From: an uncultured delta proteobacterium | Lineage (GTDB): Bacteria; Desulfobacterota; Binatia; Binatales; Binataceae | DNA: 64,000 nucleotides | NCBI GenBank assembly: GCA_963842215.1 | Contig: CAWJFQ010000001.1 | Span: 1,297,941-1,361,940, forward strand | Direction: 5' to 3' | Shown: piece after piece, positions 47,000 through 57,400 of the stretch | Layout of the letters: every line of letters starts with the position of its first letter | Position numbering within the stretch: position 1 is the first letter of the stretch | The notes under the pieces: model-generated | What the model was told of the DNA's origin: nothing | What the model saw: the letters and a program-made list of their open reading frames with translations, nothing else | Databases searched by the model: none | Translations under genes and position numbers: made by a program

Positions 47000-47781
47000 A
47001 TCATGAACAATCCTGCGAACGCCAATAACAGAAACGGACCGACGATTATCAGGACCGGCTTGTCGTAAGGAGCGACAATCATCGACGCCGGCAGGAATTT
47101 CGGCGCCCAGTACCCGGTCGAAAGCAAATTTCCCAAAATCCACGCGCCCGATTCGCCGGCTATCAGCAGCGCGAAGCCGAAAGCGCGAATAGGCACCGGC
47201 TTCAGTTTCACCTCCGGCATCACGTCTGTGTACAGCATGCGGCCCTTTTGGACCCGCGGATAGACCGCGGCAAGAATGAACGGCGACAGCGCCAGCGCCG
47301 AGATCATGTTGTTGAAGATGATCACGTTCCCCAGCATTGCGAACGGCCGGATGACGAGCACGTTGTCGGCCCATCCAACCAGGTCGGCGCACAGCACGCT
47401 CGCGGCGAGACACGCGATGACATACTTGAGAATTCCAAGCGGCGAGCGGCTGATGGGACTCTGGCCACGGCCGATCAATTCCCAGACCTTGTAGGGAATC
47501 CATCCGTACGCCAGGTTTGCAAAGAATCCGAAAATGTCGCCGGGCGAGACTCCGCCGAAGAAATCGCCAATCATGTTTCCGATTGCGGAACCCCATGCTG
47601 CTGCCGGACCAAACAGGAACGAACAGACCACGGGAATCGCGTTGGCGGGCCGCAGTTCGGTGACGCCAGGAATCAGCGGCACGACCTTGAACGGCACCAG
47701 CACCGCGGCGTAGAGCGCGGCCGAGATCGCGCACAGCACGACCATCCGCGTGTTCCGCCACATCAGGCGAAGATCGCTCAT
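46996..47781 (-). CDS. ECF transporter substrate-specific (S) component, QueT-like family (from memory)
   Basis: ATG 47781. 261 aa with 6-7 hydrophobic helices. TELRPANAIPVVCSFLFGPAAAWGSAIGNMIGDFFGG resembles the QueT motif. First gene of the S-AA'-T operon. Confidence 0.55.
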   Translation of the reverse strand: MSDLRLMWRNTRMVVLCAISAALYAAVLVPFKVVPLIPGVTELRPANAIPVVCSFLFGPAAAWGSAIGNMIGDFFGGVSPGDIFGFFANLAYGWIPYKVWELIGRGQSPISRSPLGILKYVIACLAASVLCADLVGWADNVLVIRPFAMLGNVIIFNNMISALALSPFILAAVYPRVQKGRMLYTDVMPEVKLKPVPIRAFGFALLIAGESGAWILGNLLSTGYWAPKFLPASMIVAPYDKPVLIIVGPFLLLAFAGLFMM

Positions 47782-47843
47782 CGCGGTGCTCGCGCCATCC
47801 ACGCCACGATGCGCGCTTTGCGCACGCCTGCTATACGAATGAA

Positions 47844-48611
47844 ATGATCGACAGCCACGTTCATCTCGACGCTGACCAGTATCCCGACCCTTCCGACGCA
47901 ATCAAGCGCGCGCAGGAAGCGGGCGTATCGGCGATGGTCGTGCCGGGAGTTGGACCGGCCTCGAATCGTAGGGCTGTCGAGCTTGGCAGAAAATATCCTG
48001 GTGTCATTTTTCCGGCATTAGGATTTCATCCCGAGCGATTTGAACATAGTGAAGACGATGCGCGCGCGGTGCTCGAAATGATCGAGCGCGAACGTGATGC
48101 GATTTGCGCCGTCGGCGAAGTCGGGCTGCCGTGGTACGGCGAGCGCACGGGCGATGCGCGCGTGCGTGATGCGGCCAGGACTACGCTCGCACGCTTCGCG
48201 CGGGTGGCGGCCGCGCTGGATTTACCGCTGATACTTCACGCGCCTCATGATCGCGCCGGCCAGGCGCTCGTGACAATTCGCGACGCTGGAGTAACGCGCG
48301 CGGTTTTTCACTGGCATAAGTCCGACGAGCAGACGACCCGCGCGATTCTCAACGCCGGATACTTTGTTTCGCTGTCGCCGGAGGTCGCCTACCGCGAGCG
48401 CGACCAGGATCTGGCGCGGATGCTTCCCGCGGATAGAGTGCTGGTCGAGAGCGACGGACCGTGGCCCTACGGCGGCCAGTTTGCGGGTCGGTTGACCGAG
48501 CCGGCGATGGTCAAAGAGGTGGTCGCCGCGATTGCGCATCTCCGATGCACCACGTTCGAGGAAATCGCGACCGCGACGACGGCCAACACGCGAGCATTGT
48601 TTCGAATTTGA
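47844..48611 (+). CDS. tatD: TatD family metal-dependent hydrolase
   Basis: MIDSHVHLD, GEVGLP, ILHAPH, VFHWH, ESDGP. Confidence 0.85.
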   Translation: MIDSHVHLDADQYPDPSDAIKRAQEAGVSAMVVPGVGPASNRRAVELGRKYPGVIFPALGFHPERFEHSEDDARAVLEMIERERDAICAVGEVGLPWYGERTGDARVRDAARTTLARFARVAAALDLPLILHAPHDRAGQALVTIRDAGVTRAVFHWHKSDEQTTRAILNAGYFVSLSPEVAYRERDQDLARMLPADRVLVESDGPWPYGGQFAGRLTEPAMVKEVVAAIAHLRCTTFEEIATATTANTRALFRI

Positions 48612-48655
48612 ATCTTCGTGAAATCTGCCTCGAGAGTGGATAAAATACTGCCGAA

Positions 48656-49006
48656 ATGCCGATCTACGAATATCGCTGCGAGAAGTGCCGACGGACGACC
48701 AACGTCCTGACAACGCGCATAAGTGAAAAGGTCACGGCGGTTTGCGCGCATTGCGGCGGCAAGAAGATGAGCCGGCTGATGTCGCGGTTCGCAATGCCAC
48801 GCAGCGAGGAGTCGCGGATGGAGTCGCTCGCCGATCCGTCGAAGATGGGCGACGTTGACGAGAACGATCCGAAGAGCGTCGCGCGGATGATGAAACGGAT
48901 GGGCCAGGAAATGGGCGACGAGTTCAGCGGGCCGGAGTTTGACGAAGCCGTCGAAGAGATCGAGAGCGGCGGCGATTTGGGCGATGGCTCGGACGACAAG
49001 GACTAG
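48656..49006 (+). CDS. FmdB family zinc-ribbon protein with acidic tail
   Basis: MPIYEYRCEKC...CAHCGG, then a Glu/Asp-rich C-terminus. Confidence 0.8.
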   Translation: MPIYEYRCEKCRRTTNVLTTRISEKVTAVCAHCGGKKMSRLMSRFAMPRSEESRMESLADPSKMGDVDENDPKSVARMMKRMGQEMGDEFSGPEFDEAVEEIESGGDLGDGSDDKD

Positions 49007-49012
49007 ACTGTT

Positions 49013-49498
49013 CTAGTCGGCTTCGAGCATCACGATTGCGGCCGCGGCCATTCCCTCGCCGCGTCCCAGTGCGCCGATTCCTTCAGGGCTCGAGGCTTTT
49101 ACATTTACTTGCGATTGATCTGCGTTTAGCGCAGCAGCCAGGCGGCTGCGCATGGCGTCGAGGTGCGGCTTGAGCTTGGGCGCCTCGGCGAAGATGGTCA
49201 GGTCGGCGTTGCCCAGGCGCCATCCGCGTTCGGTCGCGAGCTTCCAGACGGCAGCGAGCAGCCCAATCGAGTCGGCGTTTTTGTACTGCGGATCGTTGTC
49301 AGGAAAGTGCCGGCCGAGGTCGCCCGCGCCGAGCGCACCGAGGATCGCATTTGCCAGCGCATGCGCGGCAACGTCCGCATCGGAATGGCCGCGGAGTCCC
49401 TTGTCGTGCTTGATTTCGACGCCCCCAAGCACGAGCCTGCGCCCCGCTTCGAGCGGGTGAAAATCGAATCCGTTGCCTACGCGATAGCGCATAGCCAT
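49013..49498 (-). CDS. ispF: 2-C-methyl-D-erythritol 2,4-cyclodiphosphate synthase
   Basis: YRVGNGFDFHPL, GHSDADVAAHAL, LGDLGRHFP-type motifs. 161 aa. Confidence 0.9.
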   Translation of the reverse strand: MAMRYRVGNGFDFHPLEAGRRLVLGGVEIKHDKGLRGHSDADVAAHALANAILGALGAGDLGRHFPDNDPQYKNADSIGLLAAVWKLATERGWRLGNADLTIFAEAPKLKPHLDAMRSRLAAALNADQSQVNVKASSPEGIGALGRGEGMAAAAIVMLEAD

Positions 49499-49623
49499 TG
49501 CCCGATCCCCCGCACGCCGATGAGTCTGGCGAACGCATCATTTGCGCTGCGCTGGACTGCGTTGACAATCGCTATTTCAGCCGCCAAGCTTTTCCTCATC
49601 GTCTGTCAGGAGGAGCGCTCGCG

Positions 49624-49920
49624 ATGCCCGCATTTGCCAAAAACCCGAAATTCATCATCGGCACGCTCGTGATCCTGTGGGTGGCGTACGTCATTTACGC
49701 AAACTTTCAGATCGATATGGTCACTTTCTATCTGCTGCCTTTCAACATCTTGAAACTACAGCTCAGGCTCTCGGCGGTGATAATCGGCGCCGCAATTTTC
49801 GGCTCGCTCGCGACGATCGTGATTCACTGGCTATGGCTACGACCCTCGAACAGCTCAGTCGCCGTCACTACGCCAATCCCGCCATCCAGTCCCGCACCGA
49901 GGAGCAGCACCGTCGCCTGA
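49624..49920 (+). CDS. LapA-like (DUF1049) small inner-membrane protein
   Basis: ORF 49498..49920 trimmed to ATG 49624 (CAGGAGGAG upstream). Two TM helices (FIIGTLVILWVAYVIY, AVIIGAAIFGSLATIVIHWLW). The 3' 97 nt overlap the moeA 3' end on the opposite strand. Confidence 0.5.
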   Translation: MPAFAKNPKFIIGTLVILWVAYVIYANFQIDMVTFYLLPFNILKLQLRLSAVIIGAAIFGSLATIVIHWLWLRPSNSSVAVTTPIPPSSPAPRSSTVA

Positions 49921-51113
49921 GCACCAGCTTTCAGCAGAGTTTCGGTACGCGGGCCGATCAGCAAACCGTCGGCGCGCGACAGCGAGCTTAAAATCCCCGA
50001 ACCCTGGTTACCGGTCGGGGTCGCAAGGTAACCGCTCGCGCCGCTGGCGACCAGGTCGCGTTCGAGTTTCACTCGAACAAACTCGGTGAGGTCCTTGGAA
50101 ATCTTGATGTCGACGGCGCATCGCGCCTGGACTTGCGGCAGCCCGACGCGGTGCCTTCCGCTCATCTTGAGTAGCGCCGGGCGCGCATACAGATAGAAGC
50201 AGACCAGCGTCGAGACTGGATTTCCTGGCAGGCCGAAGATCGGACGATAGCCGACCGAGCCAAATTTGAGCGGACGCCCCGGTTTTTGCGCGACACCGTG
50301 AAACAGCTGGCGCATCCCGAGTTCGTCGAGCGCGCCTTTGACGTGGTCGAACTGTCCCACCGAGACGCCGCCCGTCGACAGCACCGCGTCGAACGCCATC
50401 GCCTCGGCCAAACGGTCGCGAATTTCACGGGCGTCGTCGCGCGCCACTTTGAGAATCACCGGGTCGGCGCCGGCTTCACGCACCGCACCGGCAAGCGCGT
50501 AGGCGCTGGAATTGACGACTTGCGCGCCGACCGGCGCTTGATCGACGTCCACCAGCTCGTCGCCGGTAGCGACGATCGCGACCCGTGGGCGCCGAATGAC
50601 TTCGACCATCGCACGATTCAGCGAGGCAAGCATGCCGAGGTCCGCGGGTGTGAGCAGCTTGCCCGCGGACAGTACGAGTTCGCCGAGGCGCAAGTCCTCG
50701 CCGCGCGGCCTGATGAAAGCTCCCTTCTTCGCCGCGACCAGGAACTCGATCGAGTCTCCGCTGCCATGCGTTCTCTCAACCTGAACGATCGCATCTGCGC
50801 CTTCCGCTATCGGCGCGCCCGTCATCGTGCGAACCGCTTGGCCCGGGCTCACGCGGCTGGTTGGCATTTGGCCGGCGCCGACAGTTTCGACGATCCGTAG
50901 TTTGACCGGGCTCTTCTCGGAAGCCTTGGCAAGGTCTGCAGCGCGCACGGCATAGCCGTCCATAGCAGAGTTATCGAAGCTCGGAATTTCGCGGGTCGAA
51001 ACTATCTGCTCGGCGAGCGCGCGGCCCAGAGCCTCGATAATAGGAACTCGCTCGACGCCCAGCGGAGCCACATTATCGAGGACGATTTGCAGGGCCTGGT
51101 CTGCGCTTATCAT
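49824..51113 (-). CDS. moeA: Molybdopterin molybdotransferase
   Basis: 429 aa: SFDNSAMDGYAV, PRVAIVATGDELV, STGGVSVGQFD, LPGNPVS. Confidence 0.9.
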   Translation of the reverse strand: MISADQALQIVLDNVAPLGVERVPIIEALGRALAEQIVSTREIPSFDNSAMDGYAVRAADLAKASEKSPVKLRIVETVGAGQMPTSRVSPGQAVRTMTGAPIAEGADAIVQVERTHGSGDSIEFLVAAKKGAFIRPRGEDLRLGELVLSAGKLLTPADLGMLASLNRAMVEVIRRPRVAIVATGDELVDVDQAPVGAQVVNSSAYALAGAVREAGADPVILKVARDDAREIRDRLAEAMAFDAVLSTGGVSVGQFDHVKGALDELGMRQLFHGVAQKPGRPLKFGSVGYRPIFGLPGNPVSTLVCFYLYARPALLKMSGRHRVGLPQVQARCAVDIKISKDLTEFVRVKLERDLVASGASGYLATPTGNQGSGILSSLSRADGLLIGPRTETLLKAGAQATVLLLGAGLDGGIGVVTATELFEGRSHSQ

Positions 51114-51168
51114 GAGGAGAGAAGGATACGCGGCTTTCGCTCGCGATTGAACCTTCTCTCAACGGCAA

Positions 51169-51204
51169 GGCGACTCACCCGGATCGCCGATCCGATGAGT
51201 CGCC
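51169..51204 (-). terminator. Long interrupted hairpin between the Thr-rich lipoprotein gene and moeA
   Basis: The minus strand reads GGCGACTCA-T-CGGATC-GGC-GATCCG-GG-TGAGTCGCC (9-bp plus 6-bp stems), followed by TTGCCGTTG. Confidence 0.4.
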
Positions 51205-51244
51205 AGTTGTGGTTCACCTTTAAGAACCGTGCTGACAGTCGTCG

Positions 51245-51568
51245 TTAGTAGTCGGTGACCGTCGTGCTACGCGTTGTCGTGGTCGCGGGAGCGGGTACGA
51301 CCGTGGTCGCATACGGGGGTCCCATCGTGGTGTATCCCGGGCTGTAGTCGGTGGTCGTCTGTTTCTGCACGGTGCCGTTGCCGTACTGGGTCGTCACAGT
51401 CGTCGAGTTCGAGGTCGGCGGGACATTGGTCACGGCGGTCGGCACATGGACGACCTGCACCGGCGGATTGTACGCCTCGGTAGTATCGGTATCGGCACAA
51501 CCGATGAGCGCTGCCGAGGCAATGCTGACGAAGCCTGCTACCACTAGATTTTTGATGGATGCCTTCAT
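51245..51568 (-). CDS. Thr-rich small lipoprotein, hypothetical
   Basis: ATG 51568 with AGGTGAAATT upstream. Lipobox AALIGC. Thr/Pro/Val-rich mature part. Confidence 0.5.
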   Translation of the reverse strand: MKASIKNLVVAGFVSIASAALIGCADTDTTEAYNPPVQVVHVPTAVTNVPPTSNSTTVTTQYGNGTVQKQTTTDYSPGYTTMGPPYATTVVPAPATTTTRSTTVTDY

Positions 51569-51769
51569 AATTTCACCTGTTTTTGGCGGTTTTGACAGTT
51601 TCATGATCGGAAACGCAATTGATGTGCCGGATAAATCAGCGAAGTGAAAGGCTTGTAATTTTGGGTTCATGCCTGCGGAATTCCTGAATCGGAAAAACTT
51701 TCCGGGACTTCCACAGTCTACTGCGAATGTCGAAAACGAAGCGTTGGATCAGGGCGAACGGGCGAGAAA

Positions 51770-52750
51770 CTAGAACTCGACGTGCTGGGGAGCACCGTAA
51801 TCTACCGGGATGCGCACACTGTACGAGCTCTCGTTGGGCGGAACCACGTCGCTCAGCAGGGCTGGATTGAGTTCATGCAGGCGCTCGAGCGTGGTGCCGT
51901 GATCGAGGGCGACGCGGCTGAGCGGAGTGCCACCGCGAATCGGCAGCGTCTCATACGCCGGCGGATCGTCGAGCTTGATAGGCGTGATGCCGTAGCTGTC
52001 GGCGTGACGCGCGATATACGCGACCGCCATGAAGCGTCCGAGCAGCCCCCGCGTCTTGCGCGGCAGCCGATTCCCGAACCTCTCCATTTTCGGACCCCTG
52101 AGCGACCAGTATTTGTCGATTGCCCGGTCGCCGTTGTTCCACGCGACCAGCGTCATCGGCCAATCGTCACCCGCTTCATCGTGCAGGGTAGCCAGATACT
52201 CGGCGGCTGCCTTGGTAGAAATGACCGGGTCACGGCGCTCATCCACGTAGTTGTCGATATGAAGGCCGAAACGCCTGGCGGTGTTGGTATTGAATTGCCA
52301 CGGTCCCTTGCCGCCCTTGGAGAATTCGCTCTCGGCGAAAGCGAGGTAGACCAGGTCGTCGGGAAGACCATAGCTTCGCAGCACCCTGACCATGTCCTGC
52401 AAGTAGGGATGACTACGGTCGAAAGTATCCTGCAGATGGTCAGGAGAGCTCAGGAAATCCGACAAATAGCGACGAACGGATTGATTAAGGAGAATTGGGA
52501 AAGGTGGAACCGGCTGGGGCAGCGGCAGCACGTACGGCGACGTTATAGGCCGCGCACCAGCTTCGGCAGGGGTCTCAAGGTCAAACCCGCTGCTTTGTCC
52601 AATCAAGCTCGGAGATGCGCTGTCTGTGCCGGGGGAAGCCTCTGGCCCGCCGAAGTCCTCGGCGAGTGCTCGAGTCGACGCTGCCGTGGCGACAATTAGG
52701 GCCGCCATCAGTAGTGCAGACGCTCGATAGATAGACTTTGTTGTAACCAT
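51770..52750 (-). CDS. Lytic transglycosylase (SLT domain) with C-terminal LysM-like region, MltD-like
   Basis: ATG 52750 with GGGGGAGA upstream. Signal peptide. SLT catalytic region LVYLAFAESEFSKGGKGPWQF. The C-terminal GGTPLSRVALDHGTTLERLHELNPAL is LysM-like. Confidence 0.75.
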   Translation of the reverse strand: MVTTKSIYRASALLMAALIVATAASTRALAEDFGGPEASPGTDSASPSLIGQSSGFDLETPAEAGARPITSPYVLPLPQPVPPFPILLNQSVRRYLSDFLSSPDHLQDTFDRSHPYLQDMVRVLRSYGLPDDLVYLAFAESEFSKGGKGPWQFNTNTARRFGLHIDNYVDERRDPVISTKAAAEYLATLHDEAGDDWPMTLVAWNNGDRAIDKYWSLRGPKMERFGNRLPRKTRGLLGRFMAVAYIARHADSYGITPIKLDDPPAYETLPIRGGTPLSRVALDHGTTLERLHELNPALLSDVVPPNESSYSVRIPVDYGAPQHVEF

Positions 52751-52994
52751 TCTCCCCCGAGAGGTGACCCCAACCGTAGCGGCGCGTACGATCAGGATCA
52801 ACCTATCGGCGGTGGGTAACCTATTAAAAAGTCTAATGTCCAATGGTGATTTTTTAACAAATGCATCAAATCAATAGCGAATTCTGGCGCTCAGAGGCGG
52901 CATTATTCTCTATAGCTAGCTTCAGGCTATCGCGGTCTTTATGTTACCGTTGGTGGCCGGAACCCATTCCTGAGCCGCCTGACCGGGGATAAAT

Positions 52995-54099
52995 TTGAAT
53001 CTCTGGCACGACATCATCGATAGCCTTGCCGACGCGATAATCGTGCTCTCGGCCGCGATGGAACCCCAGGTCGTGAATCCTGCCGCTGAGACGATGCTCG
53101 GGGTTTCGCAGGTCGTCTGCCGCCACCGTAGCCGATCTGGTCCGGCAGAATGACTGGCTGGGACGCATGGTTGGCTCGTGCCTCGAAAGCGGTCAGGACC
53201 TTGGCGACATGGAGACTATCCTGACCACCGGACCTCGTGAGCTGACGATTCGGGTAGCGGTCTCGCCCCTGCTCAACGCCGAGGGACGCCCCGGCGGCGT
53301 AATCATACAGCTCCACGACCTATCTCACGAAAAAGAGGCGGCCGAAGCTGCGGGCACCGGCGACCTGAGCCTACGGCTTTCACCGGCTGGTTTGGCGCAT
53401 GAGGTCAAGAATCCGCTGACCGGCATCAAGGGCGCCGCCGAGCTGATGGCCGGGATGTTTCCCGACGACGGCCGCGCGCAGCAGTACTGCAGCGTGATTC
53501 TCGACGGCGTCAATCGGATAGCTTCTCTGGTCGAGCAGGTCCTGATGGTCAGCGGACCGCAGCGGCTGGCGCAGGAGCCGGTCAATATACACATGGTTCT
53601 GCATCAAGCGATGCGCATGGCGGGGTTGTTCCCGCAACCACCAGAAGAAGTCGTGGTGCTGCAGGATTTCGATCCGAGCCTGCCTGACGTGGTGGGAGAC
53701 GCGGGCGCGTTGGAGCGGACCTTCCTCAACCTGATCAAAAACGCGGCGGAAGCAATCGGTGCATCGGGCACCATTCGGCTGCATACGCGAATCGAGCGGG
53801 AGTTCAGAATGACGGCGAAGGGGCGCCGCCGGCAATTCCTGCGGGTCGAGATCAGCGACAGTGGCGTTGGCATCCCGGAGGATCAGCTCTCGCAGCTTTT
53901 CACACCGTTCTTCACCACCAAGCCTGCCGGAACCGGCCTCGGCCTCGTGCTATGTCAGAGAATCATTGCGCTGCATGGCGGCAGGCTGTGGGCGCAGCGT
54001 GGCGGCGTCGATCGTACCTCTGGCACGCACTCGACGCGCGACGGCATGACTTTCAAAGTGTCGCTGCCAATGATGCCGCCGGAAAAACGCCCCCGGTGA
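52995..54099 (+). CDS. NtrB-like PAS sensor histidine kinase, frameshifted near the 5' end
   Basis: From TTG 52995 the frame reads NLWHDIIDSLADAIIVLSAAMEPQVVNPAAETMLGVSQ (a PAS start) and stops at TGA 53151. It continues in the +1 frame as SSAATVADLVRQNDWLGRMVGSCLESGQD..., which is ORF 53167..54099. H-box LAHEVKNPLTGIKGAAEL, N box LIKNAAEA, G boxes DSGVGI and GTGLGL. Confidence 0.75.
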
Positions 54100-54201
54100 G
54101 AAATCAGCACACTCTCGACAACTTTGCCCACAGATAAAGTTTGCCTATCAAAGGGCAATTTAGTACGAGATGGGATCGCATTTCGCGATGGTGGAGGAGA
54201 T

Positions 54202-54489
54202 ATGGCGCTTTATTTGATTGAACGAAATTTCGTCGAGCAGCTTAACGTAAACCCGGGCGACTTGCCTACAATCACGCAGTGCAATGCCGACGCGGGCGTC
54301 CAGTGGCTCTTTTCCTTTCTGAGTGCTGACAAGAAAAAGACTTACTGCCTCTACGAGGCGCCCAATCCCGAAGCTATCCGTGAAGCGGCGCGGAAGCTGA
54401 ATTTGCCGGCGGACGTAATCGTCGAGCTGGGCGATCAGCGGCTCAATCCTGCCGCGGCGGGCCTGCTATCACCGACGCGCGGGGCCTGA
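54202..54489 (+). CDS. DUF4242 family small protein
   Basis: ATG 54202 with GGAGGAGAT upstream. MALYLIERNF...GVQWLFSFLSADKKKTYCLYEAPNPEAIREAARKLNLPADVIVEL matches my recollection of DUF4242. Confidence 0.6.
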   Translation: MALYLIERNFVEQLNVNPGDLPTITQCNADAGVQWLFSFLSADKKKTYCLYEAPNPEAIREAARKLNLPADVIVELGDQRLNPAAAGLLSPTRGA

Positions 54490-54498
54490 TCGATCGGC

Positions 54499-57400
54499 TT
54501 AGTTTAGTTCGGCCTTCATCCGCGATTGCACAGCCGTGATGCGTTCCTCGAGCGCGCGCATCCCCAGCTCGCGCGTCGTGCAGGAGCGCTGTCTCGAGCA
54601 GCTCCATCGCTCGCTCGCGGTCGCCCGACGCATTCCGCGCCAAGAGCATCGTTGCGTACTGGTGCTGCGTGTGGGCGAGCCAGGTCCGCGCGTCCATGCG
54701 CGCGTTCATCGCGAGCGCTTCTTCAAAGTGGCGCTCCGCCTCGTCCCAGCGTTCGAGTGTGGCAGCTAGGGCACCCAGATAGCGGGAGAGGGCGCCGTAA
54801 CAAACCGCGGCAGCGCCGACGACTACATTGCGCCCCGCGAAGGGTAGGAGAATCTGGTACAGTTTCTCAGCGCGAGCCTGGTCCCCGAGAAATGTGCAGA
54901 TGTCCACGAAATAGGTCATGGTTCCCATCCATAACGCATCACGGGGCAGGTCGGCGAAGTCGTGCTGCGCCAGGTTTTCGAATTCCTCTCGCGCCTCCGC
55001 CTCACGTCCGAGCTCGGCGTAGATCACCGCTAAACCAGGACGCCAAGCTGCCGCCGCAGAATTTTGCTGGAGAAAGATGCGAACGATGGGCTCGACTTCT
55101 TTGAGGCGGCCCTGCTCGCGCCGCAAAGCAAACATTTGAAGTCCGAAAACGCCGGCCGCGGTTTCCGTTTGCAACTGTTGCCCAATCGCGAAGGCATGTT
55201 GAGCCAGGCGCTCGCTGTCTTCGAAGCGGCCGCGCATGAAGGCCCCCATGGACCTTACGATGGCAGCAAGGGAGAGATGCAAAGGTTGCTTCGTCTCTTC
55301 CAAGGCGCGCCCCCACCGCTCGAATTCTGCGTCGGCCTCCGCCGTATCTCCCAATTCGAGCAGGCAATACCCCCGCCAGAAAGGCACCTCTCGCCACAGA
55401 AATCTGTCGTCCGAAGCCTTGGTATGCTCCAGCATGTCCGTTGCGATGGCAAGCCGTTGCTCGGCATGCTCCGGCGCGATGAGGGTATAGAACATTCCGA
55501 GCAGGCTGAAGCCGATCAGCTCCGGGTCACCCAGGCGCCGCGCCATCGCCACTGCCTGGGGGGCGTACCCTTGCTGTTTTTGCCGCTCCCCGGTCACCCC
55601 GAGGTAGCGCGCCAAGCCGCCCAGGGCTCTCGCCTTGAGTGGACTGTCATCCGGTCCGAGTTTCTGCAGCGCTTCCTCGAGCAGCAGAACTGCTTCGGGC
55701 AGCGGAAGTCCGATCTGATACGTTATATGTACGAGCTCCAGCGCAGCACGGACCACACTCTCGGTTGAGTCCAGCGACTGGGCGACAGCGGCGGCAGATA
55801 GAAGCGTGTCGCGGGCCTCAAGAAATTCGCCTGCCTCCGATTGGGCCTCACCCAATAGCAGCAGCAGCGAGCAACGCTGAGCTGCGTTCGCGGGATGATT
55901 GCGCTCACGCGCGTCGCTGGCAGAGCCGAGCAGTTCGAGCCCCTTCTTAAGATGATTGGTCGCCTCCAGGTTTGCCCAGCGCTGCAGGGCTCGCTCACCT
56001 GCCCGTTGCCAAAAAGGAACTGCCTGTGCTGCCAGCCCGGCTTCTGTGTAGTGATGCGCAATCAGCTCCGGTTGAGTATCAACCGTTTCGGGAAATTGCG
56101 CTTCGAGCACGCGCGCGATGCGCTCGTGCAGAGCTCGGCGCCGTTCCTGCAACGCTGAACCTGCCGCGACTTGCTGCGATAGCGCATGCTTGAAGACGTA
56201 GCCGACGTCGGAAAGGGCCGGCTGCTCATAAATGAACTCCGCCGTCTGCAGACCGGAGAGCAGCCCCTGCAGTTCGTCGTCCGACTTTCCCGACACTTCC
56301 CGAACCAGTCGGAACGGAAACTCCTTGCCAATCACGGCCAGCGTCTGCAGCAAATCTTTCTGATCCGGCGGCAGCCGGTCGATGCGTGAAGCGAGCACCG
56401 CCTGCACCGTCGATGGAATCTGAATCGTGTTCAGAGATTTGGCGAGCTTGATCGAACCGTTGCGCGCCAGCGCGCCTTGCTCGAACAGCGCCTGCACAAT
56501 CTCTTCCATGAAAAACGGGTTGCCCTCGGTTTTCTCCATGATCAAGCGCTTGAGCGGCACGAACTCCGGGCTCGCGCCGAGCAGCGCCTGCAACATCTCC
56601 TCGCCACTCTCGCGGCTGAGCGGGTCAAGCCGGAGCTGCGTGTAGTAGGTCTTGTTGCCCCAGTTGTGGGAGAACTCGGGCCGGTAATTCACCAGCATCA
56701 TGATCCGCGCAGTGCCAATCGATTCCGCCAGCACATTCAGCAGCGCCCGCGATCCATCGTCGAGCCAATGCAGGTCCTCGAAGATCACGAGCAGCGGCTG
56801 ATGCAGACTCTCGCGCAGCATCAGGCGCTTGATCGCATCGAGGGTGCGGCGCCTCCTGATCTCGGCATCCATCCGCGCCAGCGGATCGTCGCTCTCCGCC
56901 ACCTCGAGCATCGTGAAAAAGTACGGCAGCGTGTCTTCGAGCGAGCGATCGAGCATCAGGATCTTGCCGCCGATCTTCTCGCGGCGCACCCGCGCGTCGT
57001 CCTCTGGGGTGATTTTGAAATAGCTCTTGAGCAACTCGATCAGCGGCAGGTACGCCGATGCTTTCCCGTGTGAGACCGAGAGCGTCTCGAGCGCCAGGCA
57101 CCCGGCCTGCCCGATCGCATGGAACTCGAAGAACAGCCGCGATTTGCCGACTCCCGCCTCGCCCACCGCTGCGACAATTTGCCCGCGCCCGCTCTTCGCC
57201 AGTTCCAGCGCCCGCTTCATCTGCCCGAGTTCGGACTCGCGGCCCACGAACTTCGAGAGCCCGCGCCGCGCCGACGCCTGCAACCGCGTGCGCAACGGGC
57301 CAAGCCCCGTGACCTCGTGCACGTTGACGGCCTCGCTCACGCCTTTGACCTTTGCAGGCCCCAGCGCGCGGAATGTGAAGTAGCCCTCGCACAGCTTGCG

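Noticed and set aside
45254-47761. The 835-aa ABC ATPase ORF, and the 412-aa and 301-aa extended forms of the neighbouring ECF genes.
   Set aside because: The upstream extensions overlap the real upstream genes out of frame. Trimmed starts give ATGA/GTGA coupled junctions and normal domain boundaries.
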